From a virus (Duplodnaviria; Caudoviricetes), in IMG/VR virus record IMGVR_UViG_3300005663_000053, positions 1-55,616 of that record: a stretch of DNA of 55,616 bases; one strand, written 5' to 3'. Below are positions 44,168 to 54,261 of the stretch, piece by piece. The translations under genes and the position numbers were made by a program. Each line of letters opens with the position of its first letter. The stretch's first letter is position 1. The notes under the pieces are model-generated. The model was not told the origin of the DNA. It did no database searches and worked only from the letters and a program-made list of their open reading frames with translations.

Positions 44168-44207
44168 GCTCGAATTGTAATGCCATCATAATCGGATTGT
44201 AAGTCGC

Positions 44208-46940
44208 ATGGCTCGCACGAACGCCCCGTTGGTCGTGTTCAACCGCGGAAGAATCTCGGCCCTCGGCCTAGCCCGCGTCGACCTCGACCGCACCAGGCTC
44301 TCCGCCGAGGTGCAGACCAACTTCATGCCGCGCACCCTCGGCTCGATGATGCTCCGGCCCGGACTCGAGTACATCGGCACGATCCGCAACTCATCGACCG
44401 CGGTCCTACTGCCCTTCATCTTCTCGGCCACCGACACCGCGCTCATCGAGCTGACCTCGACGGCGATGCGGGTGTGGCGCAGCGATGCCGTCATCACCCG
44501 TGCCGCCTCGACTGCGGCGATCACCGGAGGCACCTTTACCTCTACCTCGCTCGCTGGCTGGACAGACGCCGACGAGTCGGGCTCGACCTCGGGGTGGTTC
44601 ACCGGCAACTACATGAGCTTGGTCGGCTCCCGATACGCCCAGGCGATCCGTCGTCAAACCATTACATCGACATCGACATCTATCACGCAAGGACTCACCA
44701 CGGTCATCGCACGCGGCCGGGTCAACTTGAGGATCGGGTCTTCCGCCGGGGCCGATGATTATTTCCGTGAAGCGAGCCTGAGACCAGGCACCTACTCGCT
44801 CGCCATTGCCTCAACCGGGAACTTTTACATCGAGTTCTCGGCCAACACCTACTATCGGAGCCTCGTCGAGTCGATCGCGGTCGAATCGTCCGGCGACATG
44901 GTAATCGGCACGACTTGGGCCGGTGCCGATCTTAGCCGGCTCAGATGGGATCCATCGGCCGATGTCATATTCGTCGCCAACTCCAGCTATCAGCAGAAGC
45001 GCATTGAGCGCTACGGGGCGGAGTCCTGGGGCATGGCGGATTACGAGCCCCAAGACGGCCCGTTCCGCAATCCGAATATCACTGCCAAACGGCTCACTCC
45101 CTCGGCGCTTCAGGGCAACATCACGCTGGAGTGCGACAAGCCGCTGTTCGACCCGAATCATATCGGGGCCCTGTTCCGCATAACTTCGGTAGGCCAGGAA
45201 GTGTCGATCACGCTTTCCGGGGCGGACCAATGGTCAGATCCGATTCGGGTCACTGGCGTCGATTTGGGCAGCGATGGCACCACGGACCACACTCGCACTT
45301 TCGATATTTCCATTACGGCGAGCTCTACATTCACGGCGACTGTCAGACTGCAACGGTCACAAGGTTCGACAGATGATTGGGGAGACATCAGGTCACCGTC
45401 GCTGATATGGACCAACACGACAGCCACGAAATCATTTGATGATCAAAAGGACAATGAAATCATCTTCTACCGCATCGGCGTTGGCTCGACTTACACTTCG
45501 GGTTCGCCGGTATGTGCTTTGAGCATTCCGTCTGGCGGAATCACAGGAATCGTGCGCATCACCTCGGTTGCCGCCGCGACAGAAAGCTCGGCTTCTGTGC
45601 TCGTCGCGCTCGGCTCGACCAGGCCGACCGAGTTGTGGCAAGAGGGCGAGTGGAGTGACTTCCGGGGCTGGCCATCCGCCGTATCGTTCCACGAGGGGCG
45701 TCTGTATTGGGCGGGCAAGGCGAAGATTTGGGGCTCAATCTCCGACGCCTATGAATCCTTCGATCCCGATGTCGAAGGCGATTCAGGCGTAATCAATCGC
45801 TCAATAGCTTTCGGAGCGGTCGACAACATTGAGTGGCTCGCCTCCTTAGGCCGGCTCATTATCGGCACCGGGATGCGCGAGCTGCAGGCCAAGACCGGAT
45901 CCTTGGATGAACCCATCACCCCCTCGAACTTCAACTTGCGCGACATCTCGAACCAGGGATCGGGCAACGTCCAAGCGGTCAAGGTCGATAAGCGCCTGCT
46001 GAGCGTCCAACAGGGCGGCGTGCGCGTCATGGAGACTGGCTACTCGGGCGAATCGCTCGACTATGAGACCGCCGACCGGACGGTCCTCGTCCCGGAGATG
46101 GGCGAGCCGTCGATTGCTAGGATGGCGGTACAGCGCCAGCCGGACACGCGAATCCATTGCGTGCGCGGGGCCACCGACGGCACGGTCGCCGTGCTGGTCT
46201 CCGACCCCGCCGAGGATGTGACGGCCTGGATAGACATCGAGACTGGCGACGCCGATGGGATAAACGGCGTGATCGAGGAGGTCGCGGTGCTCCCCGATTC
46301 GGTCGAGGATGCGGTCTATTACATCGTGCGCCGTGAGATCAACGGATCGACCGTCCGCTATCTTGAAAAGTGGGCGCAGGAAGCGCAGGGGCGCGGCGGC
46401 TCCTCGAACCGGCTCGCCGATTCATTCACGGTCTACGATGGCACCGCTGCAACGTTAATCCCGAGCACGCACCTCGTGGGCTCGAGCGTGATCGCGTGGG
46501 GCTCGACCGCCGATCTCGGCAGCTACACCGTCGATTCAACCGGCGGCGTTACCATCTCTCAGGCATCGACCACGGTGTGCATTGGCCTGCCGTACACCGG
46601 GTTCTACCGAACGGCCAAGCTCGCCTATGCGGTTCCTTCTTCGCTGGGCACCGCATTGACGCAGAGAAAGCGGGTCAACCATATCGGCTTGGTGTTGGCC
46701 GACGCCCACGCCCAAGGCCTTGAGTATGGACCATCGACCGACACTCTCGATCCTCTACCACTCATGTCGGCCGGGGCCACCATCTCGACCGACGCCGTGA
46801 ACGCCACCTTCGATGAAGAGTCCATCGAGTTTCCCGGTGAGTGGGACACGGATTCCAGGATCGTGCTGCGCGCGACGGCACCCCGGCCAGTGACCGTGCT
46901 CGGCATGGTGATCCAGATCGAAACGAAAGAGAAGACATGA
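44208..46940 (+). CDS. Tail nozzle / tubular protein B (T7 gp12-like)
   Basis: FNRGRIS...R.DL, RPGLEYI, GWPSAVSFHEGRL, YLEK, GLPY; 910 aa, beta-rich. Confidence 0.85.
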   Translation: MARTNAPLVVFNRGRISALGLARVDLDRTRLSAEVQTNFMPRTLGSMMLRPGLEYIGTIRNSSTAVLLPFIFSATDTALIELTSTAMRVWRSDAVITRAASTAAITGGTFTSTSLAGWTDADESGSTSGWFTGNYMSLVGSRYAQAIRRQTITSTSTSITQGLTTVIARGRVNLRIGSSAGADDYFREASLRPGTYSLAIASTGNFYIEFSANTYYRSLVESIAVESSGDMVIGTTWAGADLSRLRWDPSADVIFVANSSYQQKRIERYGAESWGMADYEPQDGPFRNPNITAKRLTPSALQGNITLECDKPLFDPNHIGALFRITSVGQEVSITLSGADQWSDPIRVTGVDLGSDGTTDHTRTFDISITASSTFTATVRLQRSQGSTDDWGDIRSPSLIWTNTTATKSFDDQKDNEIIFYRIGVGSTYTSGSPVCALSIPSGGITGIVRITSVAAATESSASVLVALGSTRPTELWQEGEWSDFRGWPSAVSFHEGRLYWAGKAKIWGSISDAYESFDPDVEGDSGVINRSIAFGAVDNIEWLASLGRLIIGTGMRELQAKTGSLDEPITPSNFNLRDISNQGSGNVQAVKVDKRLLSVQQGGVRVMETGYSGESLDYETADRTVLVPEMGEPSIARMAVQRQPDTRIHCVRGATDGTVAVLVSDPAEDVTAWIDIETGDADGINGVIEEVAVLPDSVEDAVYYIVRREINGSTVRYLEKWAQEAQGRGGSSNRLADSFTVYDGTAATLIPSTHLVGSSVIAWGSTADLGSYTVDSTGGVTISQASTTVCIGLPYTGFYRTAKLAYAVPSSLGTALTQRKRVNHIGLVLADAHAQGLEYGPSTDTLDPLPLMSAGATISTDAVNATFDEESIEFPGEWDTDSRIVLRATAPRPVTVLGMVIQIETKEKT

Positions 46941-47266
46941 TCACGGTCCGCCCGGCGACCCGCGCCGACTTCGTCGATTTCTATGGAACAGCCCCGCCGA
47001 TGACGGTGCGCGCCCTCGCCGCCGAATCGACGGCCGGAGAGGTTCTAGGCATCGGCGGCTATTACTTGAGCGACGGCGTGGTACTGGCTTTCACCGATTA
47101 TCACGAGGCCATGAGTAAGCGCGATCGGGTCAAGGGGGCCCACGCGCTGGTCGCCATGCTGAGGGAACTCGGAATCGAGGTGGTCGCGCACATGGGCGAG
47201 GATGGCGCGACGGCGCTCAAGCATTTTGGCTTCGAGGCTTGGGGCATGTTCTGGAGAATGAAATGA
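46937..47266 (+). CDS. GNAT-like virion assembly protein (T7 gp13-like)
   Basis: VRPATRAD...LKHFGF; position after the nozzle gene. Confidence 0.6.
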   Translation: MITVRPATRADFVDFYGTAPPMTVRALAAESTAGEVLGIGGYYLSDGVVLAFTDYHEAMSKRDRVKGAHALVAMLRELGIEVVAHMGEDGATALKHFGFEAWGMFWRMK

Positions 47267-47919
47267 CTGGCATCGAGACGGGTATCATGCTCGGCACCTA
47301 CGCCGTCACCGCAGGCGACGTGATGATGGTGGCCTCCACCCTCATTGGTGTCGTCGGCCAAATGCAGCAGGCCTCGGCGCAACAGGCGGCGGGCCAAGCG
47401 CAAGCCGCCGCCGCTGCCCATCGGGCGGCGATCGCCAACCGCCAAGCCCAAGTCATGGAGCAGCAGGCGGGCCAGGAGCGCGCGGTTTCCCAGCGCGCGG
47501 CACAAGAGGAAAGGCGGCGCGGTAGGTTTGTCTCCTCCCGGGTTCAGGCGCTCTCGGCGGCCTCGGGAGCCGGCGCACTCGATCCCACCATCGTCGGCAT
47601 CCTTGGCGACATCGGCACCGAGGAAGAAACCCGGGCCTTGACCGCGCTCTATGAGGGCGAGGAGAGGGCCAGGGGTCTTGAATACGGTGCCACGCTCGAG
47701 CGTGCGGGCGGGGCCGGGGCGCTCTTTGCTGGACAAGCGGCGCGGCGCGCCGGCCGGTCTGCGGCGGCGCGGTCCCGGCTCTCCGCCGCCGGTACACTTC
47801 TCGAAGGCGGCTCCTCTCTATTCGCCAAGTACAGCCCCGAATCTCCGACAGGCGGAGGCTCCACTTACTACACCCGGCGATCGTCTCGCGGCGGCGTTCG
47901 CCGATATTCCTACGGGTAA
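47263..47919 (+). CDS. Internal virion / ejection protein (gp14-like)
   Basis: Ala/Gly/Gln-rich; AASGAG; synteny. Confidence 0.7.
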   Translation: MTGIETGIMLGTYAVTAGDVMMVASTLIGVVGQMQQASAQQAAGQAQAAAAAHRAAIANRQAQVMEQQAGQERAVSQRAAQEERRRGRFVSSRVQALSAASGAGALDPTIVGILGDIGTEEETRALTALYEGEERARGLEYGATLERAGGAGALFAGQAARRAGRSAAARSRLSAAGTLLEGGSSLFAKYSPESPTGGGSTYYTRRSSRGGVRRYSYG

Positions 47920-47922
47920 ACC

Positions 47923-49758
47923 ATGCCAAAACTTCCAGATGTAACGGCCCTCGGAGGCCGTCCCACCCCGCGCGCGACGCGGGGCGTACAAGATGTGGCC
48001 GTGGCCGGCCGCGGGGTGCAGGCCGCTGCCGATATTTTCTCTCGAGAAGCGGCGCAAACAGGAACCGAGCTGGGCGCGCTCGCGCAGAGTCTGGGCGAAG
48101 CCGGGGATATATTCGCCCAAGCAGAAGCCCGCATTAGGAAAAGAGAAGATCTGATAGCGGTTACAAAGGCGGAAGCCGCCTATGATCAAGGCATGCGAGA
48201 AAGGTTCAATGCGATCTCGACCGAACAGGACTGGGCACTGATCAAAACGGGCACCGAATATCGGGACTTCTCCTCTCAATCCAGGCAAAACGCGCTCACC
48301 GGTTTCTCGGGCTCGGTCGATGCTCGCGCCGCCTTCGAAGCCAGCCTTTATAAGAGACACAACTCCTGGATGGGCAAAGCGGCAGCGGAAACGCTGGGCG
48401 CGCAAAACGCCTTCTTCCTTGGCCAGATCGAGGAGGGCGCCGCCGATCTGCAAAGGCGTGCATTCGAAAATCCGAGCGCCGCTCTATCTTTGTTAGTCGA
48501 AGCCGATGCCTTGGTCGACAAGCACGCCCCTGGTCTCAAGCCGGAGCAAGAACGGTTCACCAGAGCCGATACATACTCACGGATCATCACCGGCGCGGTG
48601 GATAGACTAATCGCCCAAGGCGAGATCGACGATGCCGAGGAGATCGTGCTCGATCCCGCAGTGCGTGGCGTCCTCGGAACTGAGTCTCAAGGCGACCTCT
48701 TCCGGCGCCTCACCAACGCGAGGATAGAAATTGCCAATCGCGGCCTTACGGGCGCGGCCGCGGGTGCAGCCACGATTGAAGAAGCGACTGCCATTCTTGG
48801 GCGCGAGCCCGGACCAGGGGAGCGTATTCAATTAGCTGGGTTCGAAGAAGTGGTGCCGGTGCGACCGGATGTACTTGATGAAACTGGCGCAATCAAACGT
48901 GATGCTTCGGCGGAGATTCGTCGGCAAGCCGTACAACTTCTCGGTGGTAGCGAAACAACGGCGCTGCCCGCAGATGTAGCCCGTGCCGCCCAGGAACTTG
49001 GCGCCGAGACCGAAAAAATCCTTGAGGCGGGAGAGGAAGATAGTATCGGCCAGGCCGTGGCGTTGGCCACAAAACGGGTTGATTTGCCCGAAGCACTTTC
49101 CTTCCCTGAGATCGCAGACCGAGGCATAGCGGCAATCGAGCAAGAAACGGCCGAGGGTCCGACAGAAGCCGAGTTGGCCAGCGCCGAGCAAAAACTTCGG
49201 GTGCAGGACGCGACTGGTGCGGTGTCCGCCTTCATTGACTTCTTCGGCAACAGGATCGTCGGCCAAATCGATCCCTCATATGTTGACCCGGACATCGTTA
49301 CCGCACGTCAACGCTTGGCGCTTCTTGAGACCGAGTTTGTCGTGGCATTCAGGCGCAGCCCTCGACTTCCGGTTTGGGAGCAGGTGAAGTTGTCGCGGAT
49401 CTTCCAGGGGCCAGCGATTCTCAGATCACCCGAGGCCGTCCGGGTAGAGCTTCAAACGATAGAACAGTTGCTTACCGACCATATCGAGATCAATCGCAGG
49501 CTCTTAGAGGCCCCTCTGCCGATAGAAATGAAATCAGAAGCCCTTGGCGAGATTATGAGCCTCGCTGGCTTCCGGGCGCGCATCAGGAACTTTGAACTTA
49601 ACCCGGCGTTCCCTGAGTTCCGCACGGTGGAAGATGTCGGTGCAGGATCGATAGAGGAGTTGAGGGCCTTCGTCGAAAGAACGCCGGAGGAAGAGCTAAA
49701 CCTCCTTCCGCCAGAGGTGGTCGACCTCATGGCCGACAGATTGACGAAGGGGCAATAA
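47923..49758 (+). CDS. Internal virion / ejection protein
   Basis: MPKLP start, 611 aa alpha-helical composition; synteny. Confidence 0.65.
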   Translation: MPKLPDVTALGGRPTPRATRGVQDVAVAGRGVQAAADIFSREAAQTGTELGALAQSLGEAGDIFAQAEARIRKREDLIAVTKAEAAYDQGMRERFNAISTEQDWALIKTGTEYRDFSSQSRQNALTGFSGSVDARAAFEASLYKRHNSWMGKAAAETLGAQNAFFLGQIEEGAADLQRRAFENPSAALSLLVEADALVDKHAPGLKPEQERFTRADTYSRIITGAVDRLIAQGEIDDAEEIVLDPAVRGVLGTESQGDLFRRLTNARIEIANRGLTGAAAGAATIEEATAILGREPGPGERIQLAGFEEVVPVRPDVLDETGAIKRDASAEIRRQAVQLLGGSETTALPADVARAAQELGAETEKILEAGEEDSIGQAVALATKRVDLPEALSFPEIADRGIAAIEQETAEGPTEAELASAEQKLRVQDATGAVSAFIDFFGNRIVGQIDPSYVDPDIVTARQRLALLETEFVVAFRRSPRLPVWEQVKLSRIFQGPAILRSPEAVRVELQTIEQLLTDHIEINRRLLEAPLPIEMKSEALGEIMSLAGFRARIRNFELNPAFPEFRTVEDVGAGSIEELRAFVERTPEEELNLLPPEVVDLMADRLTKGQ

Positions 49759-49761
49759 GGC

Positions 49762-52638
49762 ATGCCCGAGCTCCCCGGAAAATCCGAGAGGACCACAGCC
49801 GTTTCTGTCCTGCCAGAGACCACAATGGCGGAAGAAGGTGAATCGCCTCAAGGCGGCGCGGCGCTCAAGGCGTTGGTGCAACCCAAGGCAGATCCAGAGC
49901 TTTCATTGGGGGGGCCCTCCCGGCTGCAACAGACATCGCCTGGGCTTTTGGCCCCAGAAGAACGATCGGCCGGAGCCAACCTGAAAGCATTGGCCGGTCG
50001 GGGCACATGGCAGGAGTACATATGGGGCATCAACACGGCGATCGCCGACACTCTGGATTTCGCGCCGGATGCCTTCGCGGAGTTGTTTCGAAGGTTCGGC
50101 ATCAGCGCATCAAAAGGCACAGTGCGCGACGTCTTCGCAGGCTTTGGCTGGACTCCGCCGAGAGGGCAGGAGCCGGATACCAGGGCATTCTCCGCCGGGC
50201 ACATGCACGGGGTGGCCGCCATGTTGGCACTCCCGGTGCCGAAGGCGGCTGGGCTTCGTCCGCTAGGAGTCCGCCCGACAGCGCTCCCAACCGGAGGGCC
50301 GAGGGAAGCCATTGTCCGTGGCGTTAAAGAGATAGGCGAGACCGCAGTGCGCCAGCCAGAAAGATTTGCGGCCATTGAATCCGTGTCCGCCGCGGCGGCC
50401 GGAGTCGGTATCTACGAGGCGCGGAAACGCTTCCCTGATTCGCCTGCGGCCGAAGCCCTTGGCGCAATCTTGTTTGGCCTGACACCGGCAGGACTTATTG
50501 CCGCGCCAGGGGCCATAGTTCGAGGAACGCTTGCTGTTGGCAGGCATTTGCCGGTCTCGGGAACCGTCATACGAATCGCGTCCAATATCCTTCAACGGGC
50601 CAGGGAATTTTTCACTGTAAGCGGCGCAACCGCGCGGGCTCGGGCGCGTATGACCCGTGCCGTCGAGGAGCCAGAGGCGGCATTAGCCCGTATGGAAGAG
50701 CCGGGGGTGCTCCCGGAGGCGAAATTGACGCCCGCCCAGCAAACCGGCGAACCTGGGGTGCTGGCTTTGGAGCGGTCCGTCATGGAGAGTAGCGATACGG
50801 CTGTTTTCCAGGCGGATGAGCAGATTGCCGAACTCAACGCCACGATAATACAATCCCTGGAAGCCCCGAGGGGTCAGGTCGCAGTAACCAAGGAGCATTT
50901 CGAAGCCGCGCAAGCCTACCTCCTGTCTTTGCTTGATGGGCGACTCCGCATCGCGGCCCTGGAAGCGGACAGGCGCATCGCAGCTCTTACATCGGGGAAA
51001 ACCCCCAAAGAAGCCAACACGATAGCGGCGCAGGAACTGGATAAGGCGCATGTAGCGGCCCGGGCAACCGAGGAGGAGCTTTACGCGGTTCTGCCCATTG
51101 ATCTCGAGGTTCTGCCAACCACTACGAGAAGCACCCTCAAAATAGAGCTGATGTGGCGCGGGCGGACGGCCGACCCGGAGGACATCCCGGTCTTCGTGAC
51201 CGAGTTCCTGGGCGGGCTGAACAGAAAGGGCAAGTTCGTCGGCGGCACGCTCGCCAAGGGCGCCACGTTTGAGGAGATGCGCGTTTTCAGGAGCCGGGTT
51301 CTCGGTGAGATACGCGCCGAACGGGCCAAGCTACGCACGGGAACGGGAAGTCGGAACAAGGTGCGGATTCTCGAGGATATTCAAGAAGCCATCTTGGCAG
51401 ATCTCGGAGCCCTGAGGGGCCAAGTCTCTGGCGAGGCTGGCCAAGATCTGCGTATCGCGCTGGACTTCTCATACTCTCTCAATGAGAGATTTACCCGCGG
51501 CCCCGTGGGGCGGCTCCTCGGCGCGGAAAGGCGTGGGGGGCCGGCAGTACCGGAGGCATTGACGCTTGAGACGACATTGGGAATAAGGGGCGCGAAGGCG
51601 GGGGAGAACGCGCGCGCCATGATCAAGGCTGTCCAGGACAATCCCGATGAACTTCTGGGCGCGGCCGAGGACTTCATCAAGGCCCGGTTCGTCAAGGACG
51701 CCATCAGGAATCAGCGGATCGACCAAGGTAAGGCGGAGGCGTTCCTGCGCAACAATAAGGAGCTCCTGGATGAATTCCCAGGCGTCCGGTCGGACATAGA
51801 GGCCGCGATCCAGAATGACAGTGCCTTGCTGGTCGCCGAGCGGCGGGCCGAAAGCATCGGCTCCAAGCTTGCGAACCCGCGCATTTCCAAGGCGGCGCTG
51901 TTTATCCGCTCCGATCCCCAAAAGGCTTTCGAGGCTGTGAGAACCATGCGCGATCCCGGGGTGGAAATGCAGAACCTCGTCAATCTCGCGGCGCGCGACG
52001 CAACCGGCGAGGCGACTGAGGGGCTACAGGCGGCATATCTGGACTGGCTTCTGACTCGTGCGATGATCGCGCAAACCGATATCGCCGGCCGTCCTTATGT
52101 GTCCGGGATGAGGCTCCGCAACGCCTTGCAAGACGAAGCCACGCAAGCGATGTCGGCGCGCGTGTTGACGGCGGAGCAGCAAGAACGCTTGGGTCAAACT
52201 CTCGAAACGGCCTTGCGTTTTGACATGATTCGGAGGGCGCGGCCGGCGCGCGAGGGAATCATCGGCGATATTCCCAACATCATGATCGAGTCGATGGCGC
52301 GTATCGGTATCTTGCGGGCCATATCACGGATTGGCGGCGGGTTCGGCACGATCCAGGTTCCAGGCATGATCTCGGCAAGAGTGCGCAGCATGATTCAATC
52401 GCATGTCAAAGACCCGGCGACGCGGCTCATCATTGATGCGGTGATGACCGAAGATCCCGCGCTCATGAAGGCGCTTCTCATGGATTTGAGTAAACCGGAA
52501 AACGTGAAGTTTGTTCGCCGACAGCTTCACGCTTGGATAGCTGGTTTATTGTGGGAGGTCGGGGGCGCGGAGCGTGAAGAGGCTGGCCCCCCGCCAAACG
52601 TTCAACAACAAGCCATCAGCCGCGGCAGCTTCCTATAA
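49762..52638 (+). CDS. Large internal virion / ejection protein
   Basis: 958 aa helical with Gly/Ala hydrophobic segments; synteny. Confidence 0.65.
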   Translation: MPELPGKSERTTAVSVLPETTMAEEGESPQGGAALKALVQPKADPELSLGGPSRLQQTSPGLLAPEERSAGANLKALAGRGTWQEYIWGINTAIADTLDFAPDAFAELFRRFGISASKGTVRDVFAGFGWTPPRGQEPDTRAFSAGHMHGVAAMLALPVPKAAGLRPLGVRPTALPTGGPREAIVRGVKEIGETAVRQPERFAAIESVSAAAAGVGIYEARKRFPDSPAAEALGAILFGLTPAGLIAAPGAIVRGTLAVGRHLPVSGTVIRIASNILQRAREFFTVSGATARARARMTRAVEEPEAALARMEEPGVLPEAKLTPAQQTGEPGVLALERSVMESSDTAVFQADEQIAELNATIIQSLEAPRGQVAVTKEHFEAAQAYLLSLLDGRLRIAALEADRRIAALTSGKTPKEANTIAAQELDKAHVAARATEEELYAVLPIDLEVLPTTTRSTLKIELMWRGRTADPEDIPVFVTEFLGGLNRKGKFVGGTLAKGATFEEMRVFRSRVLGEIRAERAKLRTGTGSRNKVRILEDIQEAILADLGALRGQVSGEAGQDLRIALDFSYSLNERFTRGPVGRLLGAERRGGPAVPEALTLETTLGIRGAKAGENARAMIKAVQDNPDELLGAAEDFIKARFVKDAIRNQRIDQGKAEAFLRNNKELLDEFPGVRSDIEAAIQNDSALLVAERRAESIGSKLANPRISKAALFIRSDPQKAFEAVRTMRDPGVEMQNLVNLAARDATGEATEGLQAAYLDWLLTRAMIAQTDIAGRPYVSGMRLRNALQDEATQAMSARVLTAEQQERLGQTLETALRFDMIRRARPAREGIIGDIPNIMIESMARIGILRAISRIGGGFGTIQVPGMISARVRSMIQSHVKDPATRLIIDAVMTEDPALMKALLMDLSKPENVKFVRRQLHAWIAGLLWEVGGAEREEAGPPPNVQQQAISRGSFL

Positions 52639-52646
52639 GCAGCCGC

Positions 52647-52901
52647 TCATCTGTAGCCGTAATCGTAGGGATCACGGGTCAACTCTTCTTGTGAGCCTAC
52701 GCCAAAGCCTGTCTCGCCTGATCTGAGACCATCATAAGGATCAGCATAGGGCTGCGGCTGTAACCGCTCGAATATCCGGTCACCCTCTTGTTGGTCCAAC
52801 CACCGCTCGGTGCCATAGGCCTCCCACGACGGCAGGTTGTGCATCGATGCATGCGCCGGAGCGACGGACGCGAACGCGAAGATTGCGAGGATTATCCACA
52901 T
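52647..52901 (-). CDS. Small exported protein (inverted moron), resembles 5436..5732
   Basis: AGGAGG RBS; signal peptide ending PAHA; C-terminal LTRDPYDYGY. Confidence 0.65.
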   Translation of the reverse strand: MWIILAIFAFASVAPAHASMHNLPSWEAYGTERWLDQQEGDRIFERLQPQPYADPYDGLRSGETGFGVGSQEELTRDPYDYGYR

Positions 52902-52947
52902 GACCGCTTCCTCCTGATTGGGCTGCACACTTTGTGAGGTTTTCTAA

Positions 52948-53649
52948 ATGCCGTCAACCATAACCGACAGGCTCCGCGGCTTGACCACCTCGGTCGCCGT
53001 CAAGGCACCTGTGCTCCTCGCCTCGACTGGCAACATCCCGCTCGCCTCGACCGGGGACATCGACGGTGTCACGCCCTCGACCGGAATCCGCGCGCTGTTC
53101 AAGGATCAGACGACCGACACCGAGAACGGCATTTATTCGTTCAACGGCTCGACCTGGGGCCGGGAGGCCGACTTCGACGGCCAGCGCGATTCGGTGCGCG
53201 GCACCCTGGTGTATGTCTCGACCGGACTGTTGAACGCTGAAGCCTGGTTCGTCGTCACCTCGACCGGCGTTCCCGGATCGACGGTTGCCGTCACCTTCGC
53301 GCGAGCAAATTTCCCGGTAGCCGTGGGCGCGGTTGCCAGCAGCGTTGGCTCGACGTTGACCAATGCGGGGTTCACCAGCCTGTCGTCATCGTCCTCAACG
53401 GCCCTCACATTTGAGATCGCGGCGCCGGCGATTGGTGTGCGAAAGGAAATCCACATTGATACCAGCGCCTCCGAGATCTCGTTCGGTGGCACCTCAACCG
53501 CGATCATCTTCAAGGGAACTGCCGGCGGGGCTGGATCAACCCTGTTCCTTTCAGGGGTGAATCTCGCGGGCGCGACGATCACGCTTAGGGGCATGTCCAC
53601 TGCCCAGTGGGCGAACATCGGCTCCACCGCGGTGGTCACTATTGGATGA
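52948..53649 (+). CDS. Short tail-fibre/spike-like protein, Ser-Thr rich
   Basis: N-terminal AVKAPV...IDGV...LFKDQT...ENGIY...W.R..DFD fibre-base module. Confidence 0.72.
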   Translation: MPSTITDRLRGLTTSVAVKAPVLLASTGNIPLASTGDIDGVTPSTGIRALFKDQTTDTENGIYSFNGSTWGREADFDGQRDSVRGTLVYVSTGLLNAEAWFVVTSTGVPGSTVAVTFARANFPVAVGAVASSVGSTLTNAGFTSLSSSSSTALTFEIAAPAIGVRKEIHIDTSASEISFGGTSTAIIFKGTAGGAGSTLFLSGVNLAGATITLRGMSTAQWANIGSTAVVTIG

Positions 53650-53677
53650 TGCGCCGGAACCAAGGAGAAGCGAAACC

Positions 53678-54067
53678 ATGATAAATCGTCATTCCTTTTT
53701 GCTGATTGCCGCGCTTGTCGCGGCTTTTTTATGGCCGATGCCCGTCCTGGCTCATGCCCCTGCGATCGGCGAGGAACGCCCGGCCTTTAGCGTCTGCAAC
53801 AAGAAGGCCGCGGACGACATCTTCGCGGTGGCCAAGGAGCGCGGCGTGGGCGCGACGTCGCTCCCGGCATTTAAGTACGAGCGCACGAGAGATTGTCGTG
53901 TTTTCGGCGGCGCTCCGGTGCTGGTCCACGCGATCGCGGTGTCGGAACCCACCTACACGCCAGACAACTACATCGTCTACATGATCCAGGTGGAGCCGGT
54001 GGAAGGCACCCTTCCCAGCGGCTCGTGGTTCGCTTTCCACAGGCACAAGGCCGAGGACGAGATATGA
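53678..54067 (+). CDS. Hypothetical exported protein
   Basis: AAGGAG RBS; signal-peptide-like N-terminus; two Cys. Confidence 0.6.
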   Translation: MINRHSFLLIAALVAAFLWPMPVLAHAPAIGEERPAFSVCNKKAADDIFAVAKERGVGATSLPAFKYERTRDCRVFGGAPVLVHAIAVSEPTYTPDNYIVYMIQVEPVEGTLPSGSWFAFHRHKAEDEI

Positions 54068-54261
54068 CCGTTCGTGTTTTCATAGAGCGATGCCTTGCTC
54101 CCTTGGCCGCGGCCGTTGTCATACTGCTCGCCGCCAACGCCTTCGTCTCTTGGCGCACGCTCGCCGTGGTGGAGAACGATGTCGCGCATCTTACGGCCAG
54201 CATCGAGCGGATCGAGGCCAAGGTGGACCGGCTGTTGTGGCAGGGCGGGCCCAAGCAATGA
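54064..54261 (+). CDS. Small membrane protein, holin/antiholin candidate
   Basis: One TM helix plus coiled coil, coupled to the endolysin. Confidence 0.55.
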   Translation: MTVRVFIERCLAPLAAAVVILLAANAFVSWRTLAVVENDVAHLTASIERIEAKVDRLLWQGGPKQ

